Assembly: GCA_028826165.1 (NCBI GenBank)
Contig: JAPDFW010000054.1
Coordinates: 310,001 to 374,000, forward strand
DNA: 64,000 nucleotides
Source: Anaeramoeba ignava BMAN
Lineage: Eukaryota; Protista; Anaeramoebae
Direction: 5' to 3'
Positions within the stretch are counted from its first letter, which is position 1. The number at the start of each line of letters is the position of its first letter. Made by a program: the position numbers and the translations under genes. Positions 1 through 13,681 of this stretch are shown here, in pieces. The notes under the pieces are model-generated. The model searched no databases and was not told where the DNA came from. It saw only the letters and a list, made by a program, of their open reading frames with translations.

Positions 1-3000
1 TTTCATTTTCAATTTGATTTTCATTTATTTGATAAGATAAATCCAAAATTTCCATATCAATTTTTTCATAACTAATTTGAATACATTTTTCTAATGATTT
101 TGCAACAACAAAAAAATTAAAATTTTGAACATTTCCTTGATAATTTAAGAAAGATCTAGAAGTAAATAAATGGAGTGATTTTTCTGTAATTGTTTTTTGA
201 TAAATATCTCTTAATAACATTTGAATATCATCATTATTTGATTGAATTGCAGTTTCCAACATGAAAAAAAGTTGAATTTTCCTTTCCAAATTTTGAGAAT
301 GTAATTGAATTTTCCAATTTGGAGAAATTAAATCAAAATGAGTTAAATTTGGAAAATCTTGCAAATAAAGAGAAATAAGTTCTGCAAAATGTGTTAATTT
401 CAATTTAAGTTTAATGCCTGGAATAAATTGTAAATTTTCGTTATTTTCATCGATTACTTTGATTGAAGATTTGCGTGTTAATGGTTGAATATTTGATTCT
501 TCAAATTCTGTTAAGTCTAGATCAATGTGGAAATTAATTGTTTCTAAAATTGTTTTTAAATCTTGTTCATTTCTTTCTTGATCCGTTTGTTTTTTGGTTC
601 TTTTTTCTTGTTTTTTCTTTTGAGTTTTTTCCATTTTCTTTTGTCTTCTTGCTTCTTTTTTTTCTTGTTTTTTTTGTTTTTTGAGTTCTTTTTTTTCTCG
701 TGCTTGTTTTTGTTTTTCTGATTCTTGCTTTGTTTTGAAGAGGTTGAAAGAGCGTTTTTTAGTGAGTTGATTATTTTGATTTTGATTTTTATTTTGATTT
801 TCATTTTCATTTTGATTTTCATTTTGATTTTGATTTTGATTTTGATTTTGATTTTGATTTTGATTTTATTTTCATTTTCATTTTGATTTTGATTTTGATT
901 TTCATTATTTAAAGGATCTTCAGTCACAAATGTTTCGTTTTCAAAATCGAATTCTGATGATTCTTCTTCAATATTATCTGGTTGTACAATTTTTTGTAAA
1001 ATTTCATTTTGATTTTCATTTTCATTTTGATTTTCAATTTTGTTTTGATTTTGATTTTGATTTTGATTTTGATTTTCAATTTTGTTTTGATTTTCATTTT
1101 CATTTTGATTTTCATTTTGATTTTGATTTTGATTTTCATTTTGATTTTCATTTTGATTTTCAATTTGATTTTCATTTTGATTTTCATCTTGATTTTCATC
1201 TTGAAAAATTAATTGTTCTTGATATTGAAGAGATTTTGATGTAAATATTCTTGAAAGATCAGTATTTTCCAAATTTTTGGAATCAATTTCTGATTTATTT
1301 TTAGAATCAGAATGAAGAATATCAAGAATTAAAAGATAATCATTAAAAAGATATAATTTTTTCTTTTCCAATTTTTGATCAGAAAATTTTGTATCAATAA
1401 TATCGACAACATCCTCGTATAAAAGAAAGCGATTTGGATGATAAAGTTGAATAGGATTTACGATGAAAGATTGAAGAGTATAAGTATTATAAATATTTAA
1501 ACATTCTTCACTAATTTTGCGTGCTTCCATCAAACTATTTCTGCATTTTTCAATTTCTTCATCAACATGTGATTGAATAAGAGTTTCATTTAATATTTTC
1601 ATCAAATCATGGAAGTAATTGGAATACTTGCCAATTTGCTGAACAGGAAAAATAACAAGTTCAAAAAAGGAAATGGAAAATTTGTGATTTTTTGAATCAA
1701 TTTTTTTCAAAACTTCTTTTTCTTTTTCCTTTTCACTTTGTATTTGTGGTATTTCTATTGAATGTATTGCATTTGGAAATGCCAAAATGGATTTGAATAA
1801 AACAAGAAATTGTTTGCAGTATTTGATGTGAAGATCTGTGATGAGTCTCATGTTGATGAAGCAGCTGAGCAAGTCCTGGAAAAAATTATGTTTCAATAAG
1901 TCTCCACTGATGATATCAAATGTAGCTTTACTGAGATTGATAATTTGCTTGATTGTCCTTATAAACAAGTTCAGCTGCTGTTTGTATTTTCGGATTTCTG
2001 GTTTTGCATCATTTGTATCGTTTTCTGAGTCTGAATTTTCCTCTTTTGATTCGAAATCGGCATAAATATTGGCGAATTGCTTTTCGAGAAATTCAGCCAC
2101 TTTTATATATAGTAGCTCTTCTTTTTGCCATTGTGTTCCGATAATGTCTCGATTATATTCCCTTTCCAAAATTGTTGCAAGTTGATAATTTTTATTTTTT
2201 GGCAGCAAGTTCATGTGCAGTTGGTTTCAAGCCGATCAAAGTGGCTCCATTTTGGAGTAAGAAAATGCATATTTCTTCCTTTCCAAGAAATGCGGAAAGT
2301 TGCAATGCAGAAAGACCCTTTTTGGGTTTGTGGTTCACATTGACTTTCTTTTTGATTAAAATTGAGATGCATTCTCTTTGCCAAGTAAAAACACAAAATG
2401 TAAATGCTGTCATTCCTTTATATGTTTCTATTGTTGTGTCTGCTTTGCTGTTTAGTAGTTCTTCTGCGCATTTAGCGTGTCCGTTGAGACATGCCAAATG
2501 CAATGCTGTAAATCCTTCTTTGTTTTGTTTATTTATTTCACTTCCAAATTTTATAAGAAGTTGAACACATTTAACATGTCCTTTTGATGATGCAAGATGT
2601 AAAGCTGTTAATCCATTCGGTGTATCTTGGTTGAAATTTGCTCCGTAACTTAATAATACAGATAATATTGTTGAGAATCCCTTTTATTCAATTTAATTTA
2701 ATTTTAATTTAATTTAAATTTGATTTAAATTTAATTTAATTTTCTATTATTTTTTTTACTTGATTTGCTGCTATATGTAAAAGTGAAAATCCTTCTTTTG
2801 TTATATTTATTGGTGTATTTTTTTCGATTAAATTGATTAATTCTTGTGGATTATTATCTAAAACTGCGCGAAATATTTTGATTGATTGCAAACTATTTTT
2901 TTTTTGAATTTTAATTTGAATTTTGATTTTGATTTGATTTGATTTGATTTTAAATTGATTTTGAATTTTAATTTTAATATTAATTTTGATTTTGATTTGA

Positions 3001-4799
3001 ATTTTAAATTTTAATTTTAATTTTAATTTTAATTTTAATTTTAATTTTAATTTTAATTTTAATTTTAATTTTAATTTTAATTTTAATTTTAATTTTAATT
3101 TTGATTTTAATTTTAATTTTAATTTTAATTTTAATTTTAATTTTGATTTTGATTTGAATTTTGATTTTAATTTTAATTTTAATTTTAATATTAATTTTAA
3201 TTTTAATTTTGATTTGAATTGATTTGAATTTTAAATTGATTTTCTTTGGGAAAAGAATAAATAAAAGCAAGTAAAATAAAAGGAAAGAATAATCACAGAT
3301 CAAGACATTCAGTAGCCAAATTAGATTTATTAAGTTTTGTAGGACAACCATTCAATCTAAGAAAATGAATTAGTTTCTGATGGCGATTAATAATAGCCAA
3401 ATCCAAAGGGGTATGCTGGTCAAAAGATTTTAAAAAAGGATTAGCACCTTTTTCAAGAAGAAACTTAGTTGTATCAACTTGACCATTAAAAGCTGAAAGA
3501 TGCAAACAAGTTTCTCCATTTAAAGATTGAATATTGATATCTCCACCAGAATCAACAAGCATTTTTAATGATTTTAAACGGTTTGAACTACTTGCAAAAT
3601 GTAATGCTGTTCGTCCGTTATCTGATGTTCTATTTATGTTCACTTCAGGATATGTTAGTAATAATTCCACTATTTCATCGCTTTCTGATTGTGATGCCAT
3701 CATTAATGGTGTTTCTCCGTTTTTTGCTGGATATTCTTTGTCAATTTTTCCTTCAATTATTAGTTCTTTCGCTTTTTTAATTTCTCCAGTTAAAATTGCT
3801 TTATGTAAATCTGTAAACCTTTAATTTTTGATTTTAATTTTAATTTTAATTTTAATTTTAATTTTAATTTTGAATTTAATTTTAATTTTAATTTTAATTT
3901 TAATTTTAATTTTAATTTTAATTTTAATTTTAATTTTAATTTTAATTTTAATTTTAATTTTAATTTTAATTTTGATTTTAATTTTAATTTTAATTTTAAT
4001 TTTAATTTAATTTTAAATTTAATTTTTAATTTTAATTTTAATTATAATTTTAATTTATAATTTTAATTTTAATTTTAATTTTAATTTTATAAATGAATTT
4101 TAATTTATAATTTTGATTTTAATTTTAATTTTAATTTTAATTTTAATTTTAATTTTAATTTTAATTTTTAATTTTAATTTAATTTTAAATTTAATTTTAA
4201 TTTTAATTTTGAATTTAATTTTAATTTTAATTTTAATTTTAATTTTAATTTTATAAATGAATTTTGAATTTAATTTTAATTTTAAATTTAATTTTAATTT
4301 TAATTTTAGTTTTAAATATAATTTTAAATTTAATTTTAATTTTAATTTTAATTTTAATTTTAATTTTATAAATGAATTTTAATTTTAATTTTAATTTTGA
4401 TTCTAATTTTAATTTTATAAATGAATTTTAATTTTAATTTTAAATTTTATTTTGAAAATTAACTTACTTTCTTTCAATATTTTCTTCTTTAGAAAATTGT
4501 TGACTCAATTCTTTTTTCAAATTTCGGTTAATACTTTGAATAAAAGAAACAATTTCTAAATGATTATTTTCTTTTGCAATATCCAAAGGAGTTTTATTTA
4601 AAAAGTTGTGAATATTTAAATCAGCATTTGAATTATAAAGTAATTTGAAATTTTCAATATTTCCTGTTTTTGCACAAATATGAAATACTGTGTTTTTATT
4701 TTCATCCACTTTATTAATATCCTTTTTACTTGCTATAAATTCTTCTATTACTTCTTTTTTATTCTCTTTTATTGCTTTAAATAAATTATTTAACTCCAT
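1..4799 (-). CDS. Ankyrin-repeat + degenerate DH (RhoGEF-like) + split PH protein; 3' end runs off the window
   Basis: Exons 4799-4468, 3818-3297, 2892-2760 and 2680-<1, with GT..AG junctions and matching phases (2,2,0). Ankyrin motifs include TVFHICAKTG, GRTALHFAS, GETCLHLSA, GFSLLHIAA and GLTALHLAS. ELVIFPVQQIGKY is DH-like and KKLYLFNDYLLI is PH-like. Single-base frameshifts at ~2197 and ~868; the corrected frame is open to position 1. Confidence 0.75.
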
Positions 4800-5250
4800 T
4801 TTTTTATTATTTTTTTTAATTGATTATTTTTTTTTTGTTTAAATTTTTTTTTTTTTTAAATTATTTCGTAAAAAATAAGTAAAAGAAAATTAATTAAAAA
4901 AATTAAATGAAAAAGAAAAAGAAAAAATAAAAAAAAATGAAAAAAAAAATTAATTAAAAAAATTTTTTTCAATTTAAAAAAAAAAGCAAAAAAAAAAAGA
5001 AACAATTTTCTCTTTTAAATTTATTTTATTTTTTAATTTGATTTTTATTTCAATTTTCGTTTAATCTCTTTATCAAATTTTATAAAAAAAAAAAAAGTTT
5101 TTTCAATCTAATTATTTTTCTTTTTAAATCAAATATTTCTTATTCATTTTATTTTATTTTTTTAAAGAATTATTTCATCAAAAATTTTTTAATCTTTTTA
5201 ATTTTTTAATCTTTTTAATCTTTTTAATCTTTTTAATCTTTTAAATCTTT

Positions 5251-7738
5251 TTAATTTTTTTGATTTGAAAAAAACCAAGCTATTGGTAATTCAATTAGAA
5301 AAATAAGATAAATTCGATTTTGTAAAGCATTTTTTACAATAAGAGAATTTTCTAAATTTGTTGCATAAGCTTTAAATTGTCTCATCTTTTTTTTTATAAT
5401 AAAAATAAAAACATAAACAAATTAAATTTATTATTATTATTATTATTATTATTTTAAAATTTTAAAAAAATTTTTTTTACAAGAAAAACTGCCATAGAAA
5501 ATGAAGTTATAAATAAAGTTATATAACGAAAAACGTTTCCAAAAAGTAAACCAATAATTATTGATAAATCAATTCTAATAAAAATTTTAAATAAAAATTT
5601 TAAATAAAAAATTTTAAATTATTTTCTTTTTTTTTTAGATTTTTTACCCAACAAATTTATAACCACAACTTGAAATTGAAAAAAACCAGGAAAAGGATAT
5701 TTGATTTACAAGAAAGAAAATTAAATTTAGAATGAGAATTTCTAAACCAATGATTACAATTGGAATTGATGCATACAATCCCATAATTTCGGGGTTCCAA
5801 CTTAATTATAAATTTAAATATAAATTTAATTATAAATTTTGATATAAATTTAATTATAAATTTTGATATAAATTTTTAAATAAGTTTAATTATAAATTTT
5901 GATATAAATTTAAATATAAATTTAATTATAAATTTAAATATAAATATAATTATAAATTTTGATATAAATTTAATTATAAATTTTGATATAAATTTAAATA
6001 TAAATTTAATTATAAATTTAAATATAAATTTTGATATAAATTTAATTATAAATTTTGATATAAATTTTGATATAAATTTTGATATAAATTTTGATATAAA
6101 TTTTGATATAAATTTAGATATAAATTTTGATATAAATTTTGATATAAATTTAATTATAAATTTTGATATAAATTTAAATATAAATTTAGATATAAATTTT
6201 GATATAAATTTTGATATAAATTTAAAATTATAAATTTTGATATAAATTTTAAAAATAAATATAATTATAAATTTTGATATAAATTTTTAAATAAGTTTAA
6301 TTATAAATTTTGATATAAATATAAATATAAATATAAATATAAATTTAAATATAATTTTTGATATAAATTTAATTATAAATTTTGATATAAATTTTGATAT
6401 AAATTTAAATATAAATTTAAATATAAATTTTGATATAAATTTAATTATAAATTTAATTATAAATTTTGATATAAATTTAATTATAAATTTTGATATAAAT
6501 TTAATTATAAATTTTGATATAAATTTAATTATAAATTTTGATATAAATTTAATTATAAATTTTGATATAAATTTTGATATAAATTTAAATATAAATTTTG
6601 ATATAAATTTAATTATAAATTTTGATATAAATATAATTATAAATTTTGATATAAATTTAATTATAAATTTTAATTATAAATTTTAATTATAAATTTTGAT
6701 ATAAATTTAAATATAAATTTAAATATAAATTTTGATATAAATTTAAATATAAATTTTGATATAAATTTAAATATAAATATAATTATAAATTTTGATATAA
6801 ATTTAATTATAAATTTTGATATAAATTTAATTATAAATTTTGATATAAATTTAATTATAAATTTTGATATAAATTTAATTATAAATTTTGATATAAATTT
6901 AAATATAAATTTTGATATAAATATAATTATTACGAATTTTTTATTCCTGATGCAAATGAAGCAAGTAAAATATATGTAATATATGACATAAGAGGAATAT
7001 ATAAATCAGGTGCATTAATATCAGCTCGAGGTGGTAAATTTAAATTAATATTTCCATCTTGAATTCTTTGCCAATTCTAAACAAAATTGTTTTATAAAAA
7101 AGAAAAAAAAATTTTTTTTTATTCTTTGAGATTCTTAATCAACTAAATAATAAATAAATAAATTACTTCATGACGAAATGGGAATAAAATAATTTTGAGT
7201 TTATTTAAAATATAAGAGTTATTAACATTAAAGTAAAATTTGAGAAACGAGAAATTTTTTGAAAACTATTTTTAAAACAAATTTTAATTTTAATTTAAAT
7301 TTTAATTTTGATTTTAATTTTGATTTTAATTTTAATTTTAATTTTAATTTTAATTTTAATTTTAATTTTAATTTTTGATTTTAATTTTAATTTTAATTTT
7401 AATTTTAATTTTAATTTTAATTATAATTTTAATTTTAATTTTAATTTTAATTTTAATTTTAATTTTAATTTTAATTTAAATTTTATAAATGAATTTTAAT
7501 TTTAATTTTAATTATAATTTTAATTTTAATTTTTAATTTATAAATTTCCGTTGTTTTTTTTTGATAAATTTACATTATTTTGAAAAACTTGATTTCCTTT
7601 TGAAACAAGTCGAGCTCCATAAGAAAGACCAAATTTAGCTAATTGATCATCAAAACCACCATTATCTTCAAAATGAAAAGATTGGCTTCTTGTGTGTTTT
7701 ATTTCAAATTTTGTATCTTGAAACTGATCAGTTGTCAT
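5251..7738 (-). CDS. YIF1: YIF1-family ER-Golgi membrane protein
   Basis: Six exons: 7738-7574, 7265-7167, 7076-6934, 5800-5648, 5574-5481, 5385-5251, phases consistent. Family motifs [51 protein letters not shown] and CGYKFVG. Confidence 0.92.
5801..6933. repeat. Intronic 12-bp minisatellite (TATAAATTTTGA / TATAAATTTAAT variants)
   Basis: Degenerate 12-mer tandem repeat filling YIF1 intron 3. Confidence 0.9.
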
Positions 7739-8006
7739 TTTTTAAATTTTTTTAATTTTTTTTAATTTTTTTTTGAATAATTAAAATAAACAGAAAATAA
7801 AGAAAAGGAAAATAAAAGAAAATAAGGAAAAAAAAAAGGAAAAAAAAATGAAAAAAAAAAGATCAAATTTAATTAAAAAAAAAATAAATAAAAGGAGAAA
7901 AAATTTCTTGTTTTTTTTTTAAATAAAAATGGAGAAAAAAAAATTTATTTTTATTTTTTTCTTTTCATTTTTTTCATTTTTTTCTTTTTCAAATATAAAA
8001 ATATAA
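7739..8006. promoter_or_regulatory. Short bidirectional promoter between YIF1 and NHP2 with TCATTT initiator-like elements
   Basis: 268 bp between head-to-head ATGs. TTTTCATTTT occurs twice just upstream of the NHP2 AAATG, and on the minus strand at ~7850. Confidence 0.55.
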
Positions 8007-9221
8007 ATGGCTGATCAATTAATTTTACCTTTTGCTAATCCATTTGCAGGGAAAAAATTATCAAGAAGACTTTTAAGAGTAGTTAAAAGAGGAAGAAAAC
8101 AAAATCTTTTAAGAAGAGGAGTTAAAGAAGTTCAAAAAGCAATTCTTAAAGGTTCTCAAGGAATTTGTATTATTGCAGCTGATGTAAATTGAAATCAACA
8201 TTTCATTTCCAATTAAATTCAAATTTTAAAACGAATTTTAATTTTAATTTTAAAACGAATTTTAATATTAATTTTAATTTTAATTTTAATTTTAATATTA
8301 ATTTTTAATTTTAATTTTAATTTTAATTTTAATTTTAATTTTAATTTTAATTTTAATTTTAATTTTAATTTTAATTTTAATTTTAATTTTAATTTTAATT
8401 TAATTTTAATTTTAATTTTAATTTATAAATTTCAAAATGAATTTTAATTAATTTTAATTTTAATTTTAATTTTAATATTAATTTTAAAACGAATTTTAAT
8501 TTTAATTAATTTATTAATTTTAATTTTAATTTTGATTTTGATTTTGATTAATTTTGATTTTAATATTAATTTTAATTTTAATTTTAATTTTAATTTTAAT
8601 TTTAATTTTAATTTTAATTTTAATTTTAATTTTGATTTTGATTTTGATTAATTTTGATTTTAATATTAATTTTAATTTATAAATTTCAAAATGAATTTTA
8701 ATTTTAATTTTAATTTTTAATTTATAAATATTAATTTCAAGATGAATTTCAATTTTAATTTCAAGATGAATTTTAATTTAAATTTAATTTTAATTTTAAT
8801 TTATAAATTTTAATTTATAATATTAATTTTAATTTATAATATTAATTTTAATTTATAATATTAATTTTAATTTTAATTTTAATATTAATATTAATATTAA
8901 TTTTAATTTTAATTTTAATTTTAATTTTAATTTTAATTTTAATTTTAATTTTAATTTTAATTTTAATTTATAATTTATAAATTTCAAAATGAAAATTAGG
9001 TAACTCCTTTAGATGTAGTAAGTCATTTACCTGTTCTTTGTGAAGAACATGGAGTTACTTATGTGTTTGTTCCATCAAAATCTGAACTTGGATCTGCTTC
9101 AAAAACAAGAAGATCAACTTCTTGCGTTTTAATTTCACCAAATGAACCAAATCAAATCAAAAGATATGAACAATGTTTAACAGAAATTAAAGCAATTACA
9201 CCAAAAGAAATAGCAAATTAG
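8007..9221 (+). CDS. NHP2: H/ACA snoRNP subunit NHP2 (L7Ae family)
   Basis: Exons 8007-8183 and 9000-9221 (phase 0). The spliced protein reads [60 protein letters not shown] is NHP2-like rather than Snu13-like. Confidence 0.9.
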
Positions 9222-9488
9222 AAAATATTAAAAGTTTTTTTTTTTTAAATGTAGATCCAAAAAGAAAAAGAAAAAAGAAAAAGAAAAAGAAAAAGAAAAA
9301 GAAAAAGAAAAAGAAAAAGAAATAGAAAAAGAAATAGAAACATTTTAACTTTTCCGTTTTTCAATCCAAATTTTTCTTTTTCTTTTTTCTTTCAAATAAA
9401 ATCAAAAATAATTCAATAAAAAGGAAAAAAAAAAGAATTCTTTCTTTTTATTGAATTTTTGAAAAAGAAAAGAAAAAAAGATTATTCT

Positions 9489-12400
9489 TTAATTTTGTGG
9501 AATAAGGACATCAGTTAATGTTGTAACTTTTAAAGTATTTTGAAAAGTTTCCAAATTAAGATCTTCCCAACCGAAAAAAGTGAAATAAGTTGGTTTATTT
9601 TTGAACAACAAAACAGCATTTTGACTCCACCTTCCAGAATAAAAAGATTCAAAGAAAACAAAAGGAGCGACTTGAGAAGAAGAAACACAAAGACGAATTT
9701 CGCGTTGAGAAATTTGTTTAAATTCAAGAAAAGTGAATTTTGGGGGTTAAAGTGACATTATAAAAGGAAGAAAGAAAGAATAAATTTGAAGAATTTCGAG
9801 CAGAAAAATGAAGAAAGCAATCCTGTCTTGTGAGGGTTTGGGAGACAGCAGAAAGAATAGAGGAAATAGGGCGTTTGTAAACAAGAATTGAGTCCAAGGG
9901 TTGAACCGAATAAGAAAGAGAATCTGAATAAAGAAGGGAGCCGTTCCAAGACCACAATTCAAGGGAGAACCTGTCGTTTTGGATCGGGACAAGAAGATCG
10001 GAGACGACATAAACAGAGAGCTCGTCTGGAGCGCTTTCGTATGGGGAAACAATAACGGAAGAGTAAAAATTAGCGGCGAAATAGTGAAGAATTTTCCATC
10101 TTCCAAAATGTTCCAACGAACTCCATGAAGGCGCGACCCAGTCGTTGGAAGCCTGCCAATATAATGTCCCGTAAGTTTTGTGCGGGGAAGATTTGAGTCT
10201 TCTGTAGTGCTCGGTTTCTGTTTGCATGCAGATTGCTTGGGTCACTTGAGAAAGATATATAAAAGACTCAAATTGACTCGCATTTGAATAACTGAATGGA
10301 AAATGCATTTCAATTTGTCCGAGCATTTCAAATGTTCCCAGTGGATGATGTTGTCTGTGCTCGAAAAGTGGAGAGTAGATGTCCCAATCCTCGCTAACCG
10401 AGCATTGCTGCCATGAGTATATGGAATCAACGCTTTGGAATCCGAATTCGGACGCAAAACGAGGTGAAGGATAATTGCTAACATCCAAACAATCCATTGT
10501 ATAATCGTAAAAATGGACATCTCCATAACTCTCATTCTGCGGATTTCCCCAACGAAGAACATACGGATCTGATGAAAGAACCCCATTTGAAGGTGAACTT
10601 GAAAGAAACGTTCGATTTGGATCGAGTTTGAATACAATCGGCCGCATTGTGTCCAAATACAGCTTGCTGTAATCCACAACATACAATCGTGGATTCTCTA
10701 TGATTGGGTCCCACCAACTAAGTGCGGCCTCGTTCTCGTTGTTTCCTGACCAAACAATGATCGATGCGTGATGAGATAATCGATAAATTTGATCCTCAAT
10801 TTCGCCGGAAATTTCCGTTAGAAATCCGGCATTTCTTGGATACATTGAACAGGCAAACATAAAGTCTTGCATGATCATGATCCCCTTTTCATCGCATTTG
10901 TCGTAGAAGTAATCTGTCTCGTAAACTCCTCCTCCCCATACTCTCATCATATTCCAATTTGCTGCAATTGCGCTTTCGAAAAAATTATCATATACTTCTT
11001 TTGTCACAACACCTTCGAATGAATCCAACGGAATGAAATTGGATCCTTTTGCAAAGATTGGTACATCGTTGATTCGGAAATAGAATGAAAGACCCGAACT
11101 GTTTGAAACTGGTTCCTCGACTAATTCAATGTGGCGGAACCCAATTTTCTTTGTGATTTCTTGTGTTTCTTCTCCAGATTCAACTTTGATTTCCAGTTCA
11201 TATAATTTTTGTGACCCGTATCCGTTGGGCCACCACAATTCTGGAGATTCTACTTCTAATTTGATTTCGATTTCTTGTTTTGAATCAAATTCTTTTTTTT
11301 GTGTGAATTGATCTAGTGTTAATGTTACTGATCCTGTTGTTATTTGCATTAAATTTATTTTCGCTTCAATTTCGTAAGTTGTTTGTGTTTTTCGGTATTG
11401 ATTAATTTGTGTTTTGTTGATTAGTAAATTTTGGTAAGAGATTAATTGCAAGCTTCTATGAATTCCTATTGGAAGTAAGCAAGGGCCCCAATCCCATCTA
11501 CAATTTAATAAATAATTTTATAAATAATTTTATAAATAATTTTATAAATAATTTGATAAATAATTTTATAAATAATTTTATAAACAATTTTATAAATAAT
11601 TTTATTAATAATTTAATAAATAATTTAATAAATAATTTTAAATCAATTTTTATAATAATTTTATTAATAATTTTATATTTAATTTTATATTTAATTTTAT
11701 AAATAATTTTATATATAATTTTATAATTAATTTTATATATAATTTTATATTTAATTTTATAAATAATTTTATAATTAATTTTATAAATAATTTTATAAAT
11801 AATTTTATAATTAATTTTATAAATAATTTTATAATTAATTTTATAAATAATTTTATAAATAATTTTATAAATAATTTTATAAATAATTTTATAAATAATT
11901 TTATAAATAATTTTATAAATAATTTTATAAATAATTTTATAAATAATTTTATAAATAATTTTATAAATAATTTTATAATAATTTTATATTTAATTTTATA
12001 TATAATTTTAATAATTAATTTTATAAATAATTTTATAAATAATTTTATAAATAAATTTATAAATAATTTTATAAATAATTTTATAAATAATTTTTATAAA
12101 TAATTTTATAAATAATTTTATATATAATTTTATAATTAATTTTATAATTAATTTTATAAATAAATTTATAAATAATTTTAATAATTAATTTAATAAATAA
12201 TTTTATAATTAATTTTATAATTAATTTTTATAATTAATTTTATAATTAATTTTATAATTAATTTTATAATTAATTTTATAATTAATTTTATATATAATTT
12301 TATAATTAATTTTATAATTAATTTTATATTTAATTTTATAATTAATTTTTATATTTAATTTTATAATTAATTTTATAAATAATTTTATAAATAATTTAAT

Positions 12401-13503
12401 ATTTAATTTTATATTTAATTTTATATTTAATTTTATAAATAATTTAATAAATAATTTTATAAATAATTTTATAAATAATTTTATAATTAATTTTATAAAT
12501 AATTTTATAAATAATTTTATTAATAATTTTATAAATAATTTTATGAATAATTTTATAAATAATTTTATAAATAATTTTATAAATAATTTTATAATTAATT
12601 TTATAAATAATTTTATAAATATTTTTATAATTAATTTTATAAATAATTTTATTAATAATTTTATAAATAATTTTATAAATAATTTTATATTTAATTTTAT
12701 AAATAATTTTATAAATAATTTTATAAATAATTTTATAAATAATTTAATAAATAATTTAATAAATAATTTAATAAATAATTTTATAAATAATTTAATAAAT
12801 AATTTAATAAATAATTTAATAAATAATTTAATAAATAATTTAATAAATATTTTTATAATTAATTTTATATATAATTTAATAATAATTTTATAAATAATTA
12901 CCCAAAATGACATTGTGCTTTGCGAATAAATTGTCTGTTTTTCTCTCCATGATAATAATTAATAACAGAATCAGTATCACCAGGAACTAAATAAGGATAA
13001 CTTGCAGCTTGTTCATTAACATAATCAGTTGGAGAAAAAAACGTAATTGTCATCTCATTGTCACCAACATGAAGAAAATCAGTAACATCAATTCTCCACA
13101 ATCGAAATTGATTTGAAGTCATTGTCACATTAACTTGATTAATGGTAATTTGAGCAATTGTGTCAATGCCATCAAACTCAAGAACAATTTTTTGGTTATT
13201 AATAAAGTCACTGTCAAGAGTTAAACTGCGACTATAAACCCAATTTTGAAAGGCAATCCAACGAGTGTCAGTGTCACCAAATCTCCAAATAGGATTTTCA
13301 ATTATTTGCGAATAATATAAACTCATTTGAACACTTCCTGGTAATTTTGCCGTTAGTGTCACATTATTATTGTTTGTTAATTTCCAATCTCCAGAAAGAT
13401 CATAAACTTTAATATCACATTTTGTAAATGAAAATATGAATAAAATTTGAAATATAAAAAGTATTGAAATTTTATTTAAAAAGTAATTATTTAAAAGGGA
13501 CAT
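9489..13503 (-). CDS. MANBA: Secreted/lysosomal beta-mannosidase (GH2)
   Basis: Exons 13503-12902 and 11497-9489 join to give RKAQCHFGWDWGP. Also KGSNFIP, RVWGGG, QDFMFAC, acid/base WSGNNENE, nucleophile SEFG and a hydrophobic N-terminal signal. A 1-nt frameshift at ~9730 hides the C-terminus (VAPFVFFES..GRWSQNA..LKVTTLTD, stop at 9489). Confidence 0.93.
11498..12901. repeat. Intronic 12-bp minisatellite (ATAAATAATTTT)n
   Basis: Fills the mannosidase intron and is the source of the spurious KLFI/NNFI ORFs. Confidence 0.9.
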
Positions 13504-13681
13504 TTTATAAAGAAAATTATAAAGAAAAAGAAAAAAAATAAAAATAAAAAATAAAAAATAAAAAAAGAGAAAAGAATTAAAAAATAGAGAAAAATGAGAA
13601 AAAATAACAAATAAAAAGAAGTTCTTAAAAGATTTTCCAAATTCATTTTTTTCATTTTAATTTTTAAAACAAAATTAATAA

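Noticed and set aside
3293-3703. Stand-alone small ankyrin gene ending at the TGA at 3293
   Set aside because: That TGA lies inside a GTGATT donor whose phase matches the acceptor at 2893, and the downstream exon has no start codon of its own, so a single gene is more likely.
9760-11300. GC-richer stretch suggesting bacterial lateral transfer
   Set aside because: The protein resembles eukaryotic lysosomal beta-mannosidase, has a signal peptide and an intron, and other long exons also become GC-richer internally.
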